DNA of 21,124 nt, taken from contig JBDRBU010000091.1 of assembly GCA_043822305.1 (NCBI GenBank), forward strand, positions 1-21,124, written 5' to 3'. Source of the DNA: Candidatus Firestoneibacteriota bacterium (GTDB lineage Bacteria > Oederibacteriota > D2-FULL-39-29 > JBDRBU01). Below, piece by piece: positions 18,435 to 21,124 of the stretch; position 1 is the first letter of the stretch, and each line of letters opens with the position of its first letter. Below the pieces are notes generated by a model that was not told the DNA's origin, ran no database searches, and was given only the letters and a program-made list of their open reading frames with translations. The position numbers were made by a program, and so were the translations under genes.

Positions 18435-19715
18435 TTAAGTTATTTCAGCTTCATTATATAAAAAATCCAAAACTTTATCTTGCAAAAGTTGGCCTCTTAC
18501 ATTTTCTCTTCCGCTGGTAGAATTCAAATACTCCTTCCATCTTTCTTTTTCCTGCCCTGCTTTTGACAAAAACTCTGAAATTTCTTTGTCTACCTCTTCA
18601 TCGCTAATACTCATTTTTTCTAATTTTGCTATCTCTTCTAATACTAAATACCCTTCAACTCTTTTAACTGCTATTTCCTCACATTGTTTTTTAGTCTCCT
18701 CTTCTGACTTCCCTGATGATTCGTATGTAATATTCTGAGACTGCATTCTTGCTTCAAAATCATTTAATAACCGCTCGGATTCTTGTGTTACCAAAGATTT
18801 AGGAACAGAAAAGGGAGTTATCTTAATTATCCCATCTAATATAAGATTTGTAATTCTAATCTTTTCCTTATGTTCTAATTCTATCTTTAAACCTTTTTCT
18901 ATCTCTTTTTTTAAATCATTAAGTGTTTTAAACTCACCTACATCTTTAGCAAATTCATCATCTAAATTTGGTAATCTTTTCTCCTTTATCCCTTTAACTA
19001 ATACTTTGTAAGTAACTTTTTTACCTGCTAATTCCTTATTAACAAAATCCGGTTTATACTCAACTACTATTTCTTTTTGTTCATTAATATTAGCACCCAT
19101 TACTCCTTTTTCTATCTCTGGAATGATTTTATTAGAACCTATTTCAAACACATAATTTTCTTCTTTTAAGTCTTTAACCTCTTGACCCTCTATTAAACCA
19201 ACAAAATCTACAATCACAAAATCTTTATCCTTTATAGATCTTTTTTCTACTGGAATAAATTCCGCGTACTTCTCTTGAAGAAACTTTAATGACTTTTCAA
19301 CTTCTTCTGTTTTAATATCCGTAGATTCTTTTTTAACCTTAATTCCTTTATATTTATTTAACTTGATAATCGGTTTTACTTCTACTGTTGCTTTAAATTC
19401 AAGAGGTTTACCCGGTTCAAATTTTAATTCAGTAATATTAGGAGAAGCGATAGGATTAATATTCGTTACTTTTACTGCCTCCTTATAAGCATCTGCTACT
19501 AATTTTTCAAAAACTTCTTTTTCAACTTTATTTTTGAAATATCTCTCGACAATATTCATGGGAGCCTTCCCGGTTCTAAACCCGGGAATCTCTGCTACTT
19601 TTTGCAAATTACTGTACATATTTTCAAATTCTACCAGAACTCTATCCACAGGAACTTCTATTTTCAATATCTTTTCACATTCTTTCTGTTCTAATATATC
19701 AACTTTTGTTTCCAC
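18435..19715 (-). CDS. tig: Trigger factor
   Basis: IPGFRTGKAP ribosome-binding signature, FKBP-like middle domain, LDDEFAK, 426 aa. GTG start. Confidence 0.96.
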   Translation of the reverse strand: METKVDILEQKECEKILKIEVPVDRVLVEFENMYSNLQKVAEIPGFRTGKAPMNIVERYFKNKVEKEVFEKLVADAYKEAVKVTNINPIASPNITELKFEPGKPLEFKATVEVKPIIKLNKYKGIKVKKESTDIKTEEVEKSLKFLQEKYAEFIPVEKRSIKDKDFVIVDFVGLIEGQEVKDLKEENYVFEIGSNKIIPEIEKGVMGANINEQKEIVVEYKPDFVNKELAGKKVTYKVLVKGIKEKRLPNLDDEFAKDVGEFKTLNDLKKEIEKGLKIELEHKEKIRITNLILDGIIKITPFSVPKSLVTQESERLLNDFEARMQSQNITYESSGKSEEETKKQCEEIAVKRVEGYLVLEEIAKLEKMSISDEEVDKEISEFLSKAGQEKERWKEYLNSTSGRENVRGQLLQDKVLDFLYNEAEIT

Positions 19716-19762
19716 AAGATAACCCTCGCTTTCAAAATAATTTTTTCACCTAATTAATTACA

Positions 19763-19792
19763 ATTATACCACACTAAATCAATCTTTTTCAA
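19763..19792 (-). promoter_or_regulatory. Sigma-70 promoter of tig
   Basis: Minus strand TTGAAA (19792-19787), 18 bp, extended -10 TGgTATAAT (19771-19763). Confidence 0.65.
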
Positions 19793-20747
19793 CAGAATTC
19801 AGCAAATCGTACTCCTTCATCTTTCTCCACAATGTAGAACGGGATATGCCTAATTTTTCCGAAACAACTGTATGATGATTATTACACTTTCTTAATGCCT
19901 CTCTTATCAACTCTTTCTCCATAGCTGCTATTGTTATAAACTCATTATTAGCTGGTCCTTTTTTTGGTGACTCAAGTAAAGCAGGTGATGGAATACCAGA
20001 AGGCAAATCTGCTTTTATGATAATACCTTTTTCAGAAAAAACTATGGCGTGCTTTATAATATTTTCCAACTCTCTAATATTACCAGGATAATCATAATTC
20101 ATAAGTATGGCTAGAACTTCATCAGAAATTCTTATAACATCTTTATTATAGTCCTTATTATATTTTTCTAAAAAATATCTTATTAATATCGGAATATCTT
20201 CTTTTCTTTCTCTTAATGGCGGGATATGGATTCTGACTACATTAATTCTAAAGAATAAATCATCTCTAAACTTATTATTCTGAACTTCATTCCATAAATC
20301 TTTATTTGTTGCTGAAATAATTCTTATATCCACTTTTTTAAAATCATTATCCCCCAGCCTTCTAACTTCACTATTTTCTAAAACACGAAGCATTTTAGAT
20401 TGAACAGTTAAACTCATATCCCCTATTTCGTCCAAAAACAAAGTACCTTTATTTGCTTCCTCAATAATACCTTTTTTATCAGTTCCCGCACCAGTAAATG
20501 CACCTCTTTTATAACCAAAAAGTTCACTTTCTAACAATGTCTCTGGTATGGCCGAACAGTTTATGGCCACAAAAGGTCCATCTGCTCTTTTACTAAGAGT
20601 GTGCATTGCTCTGGCTAAAACTTCCTTTCCAGAACCGGTCTCCCCAGTTAAAAGCACAGTAGTATCTGTTGGAGCAACTCTGGCTATTAAATTAAAAACT
20701 TTTTTAATAATAGCACTTCGACCAACTATTTCTTCGCCAATTATCAT
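19779..20747 (-). CDS. Sigma-54 enhancer-binding protein (AAA+ and Fis HTH) without N-terminal sensor domain
   Basis: [56 protein letters not shown]. The AAA domain begins about 6 aa from the start. Confidence 0.93.
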   Translation of the reverse strand: MIIGEEIVGRSAIIKKVFNLIARVAPTDTTVLLTGETGSGKEVLARAMHTLSKRADGPFVAINCSAIPETLLESELFGYKRGAFTGAGTDKKGIIEEANKGTLFLDEIGDMSLTVQSKMLRVLENSEVRRLGDNDFKKVDIRIISATNKDLWNEVQNNKFRDDLFFRINVVRIHIPPLRERKEDIPILIRYFLEKYNKDYNKDVIRISDEVLAILMNYDYPGNIRELENIIKHAIVFSEKGIIIKADLPSGIPSPALLESPKKGPANNEFITIAAMEKELIREALRKCNNHHTVVSEKLGISRSTLWRKMKEYDLLNSVEKD

Positions 20748-21049
20748 ATTTTAATTTTTGTTTTTATTTTATCAAATGTCTTCTGACTCATACCTTTTAC
20801 TTTTAACAAATCATTTAAATTGTTAAATTTACCATTTTCTTCTCTGTATTTTATTATCCTCTCTGCTATAATTTTTCCAATACCTTTTATCTGTTCTAAT
20901 TCTGAAATATTGGATTTATTTATATCAATTTTGAAAAGATATTCCACTTCTTTTGGCAAATTTTTTACTACGGTTATCTCAAAATTTGGTTCTTCAGGTT
21001 TGATTGTAGAAAATTTATTTAATATTTCTACCTTTGCCTGAAGCCTCCT
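20744..21049 (-). CDS. ComEA-like helix-hairpin-helix DNA-binding protein, 5' end uncertain or truncated
   Basis: IDINKS...[23 protein letters not shown]...LLKVKGM. The frame is open up to a TAA at 21052-21050, but the only start is TTG at 20959 and there is no TM anchor. Confidence 0.75.
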   Translation of the reverse strand, partial: RRLQAKVEILNKFSTIKPEEPNFEITVVKNLPKEVEYLFKIDINKSNISELEQIKGIGKIIAERIIKYREENGKFNNLNDLLKVKGMSQKTFDKIKTKIKI

Positions 21050-21124
21050 TTAATTTGAATTTATCCTAATTTAAGGTTAGGATATTGACCTTTTTACAGT
21101 TCAATTCTTCACTGTGTATTTTAT

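Noticed and set aside
21099..21124. Possible CRISPR repeat end (minus strand ...TGAAGAATTGAAC)
   Set aside because: Single partial copy at the window edge, with no regularly spaced repeats or cas genes.

Overview
An AT-rich bacterial chromosome segment in which every credible gene lies on the minus strand. In transcription order the genes are: comEA-like HhH (no clear start), a receiver-less sigma-54 activator, tig, an interposed block (HEPN, MNT, IS200/IS605-type mini-element, small membrane ORF), clpP, clpX, ligA and a PorV/UPF0164-like barrel. Next come an ECF sigma, a zinc anti-sigma, an LTxxQ exported protein, an alkaline-phosphatase-superfamily enzyme and an AmrS-type radical SAM protein with a Tat-like leader. 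These are followed by an apparent cassette (AlkD-like, DUF3795-like, ICMT/PEMT-like), a membrane-fused spermidine-synthase-like protein, lepB, htrA/degP, a DUF2059 + pilin-like fusion and a truncated PilB/GspE N-terminus. The most unusual signals are below gene scale. At least five families of short palindromic or REP-like elements occur, one of them translated in frame inside a protein. Two signal peptides are encoded by 7-bp and 9-bp tandem repeats. A toxin-antitoxin-type promoter, operator and antitoxin N-terminus appear fused in frame to a DNA-repair gene. Family assignments come from motif recognition by eye, with no database search.
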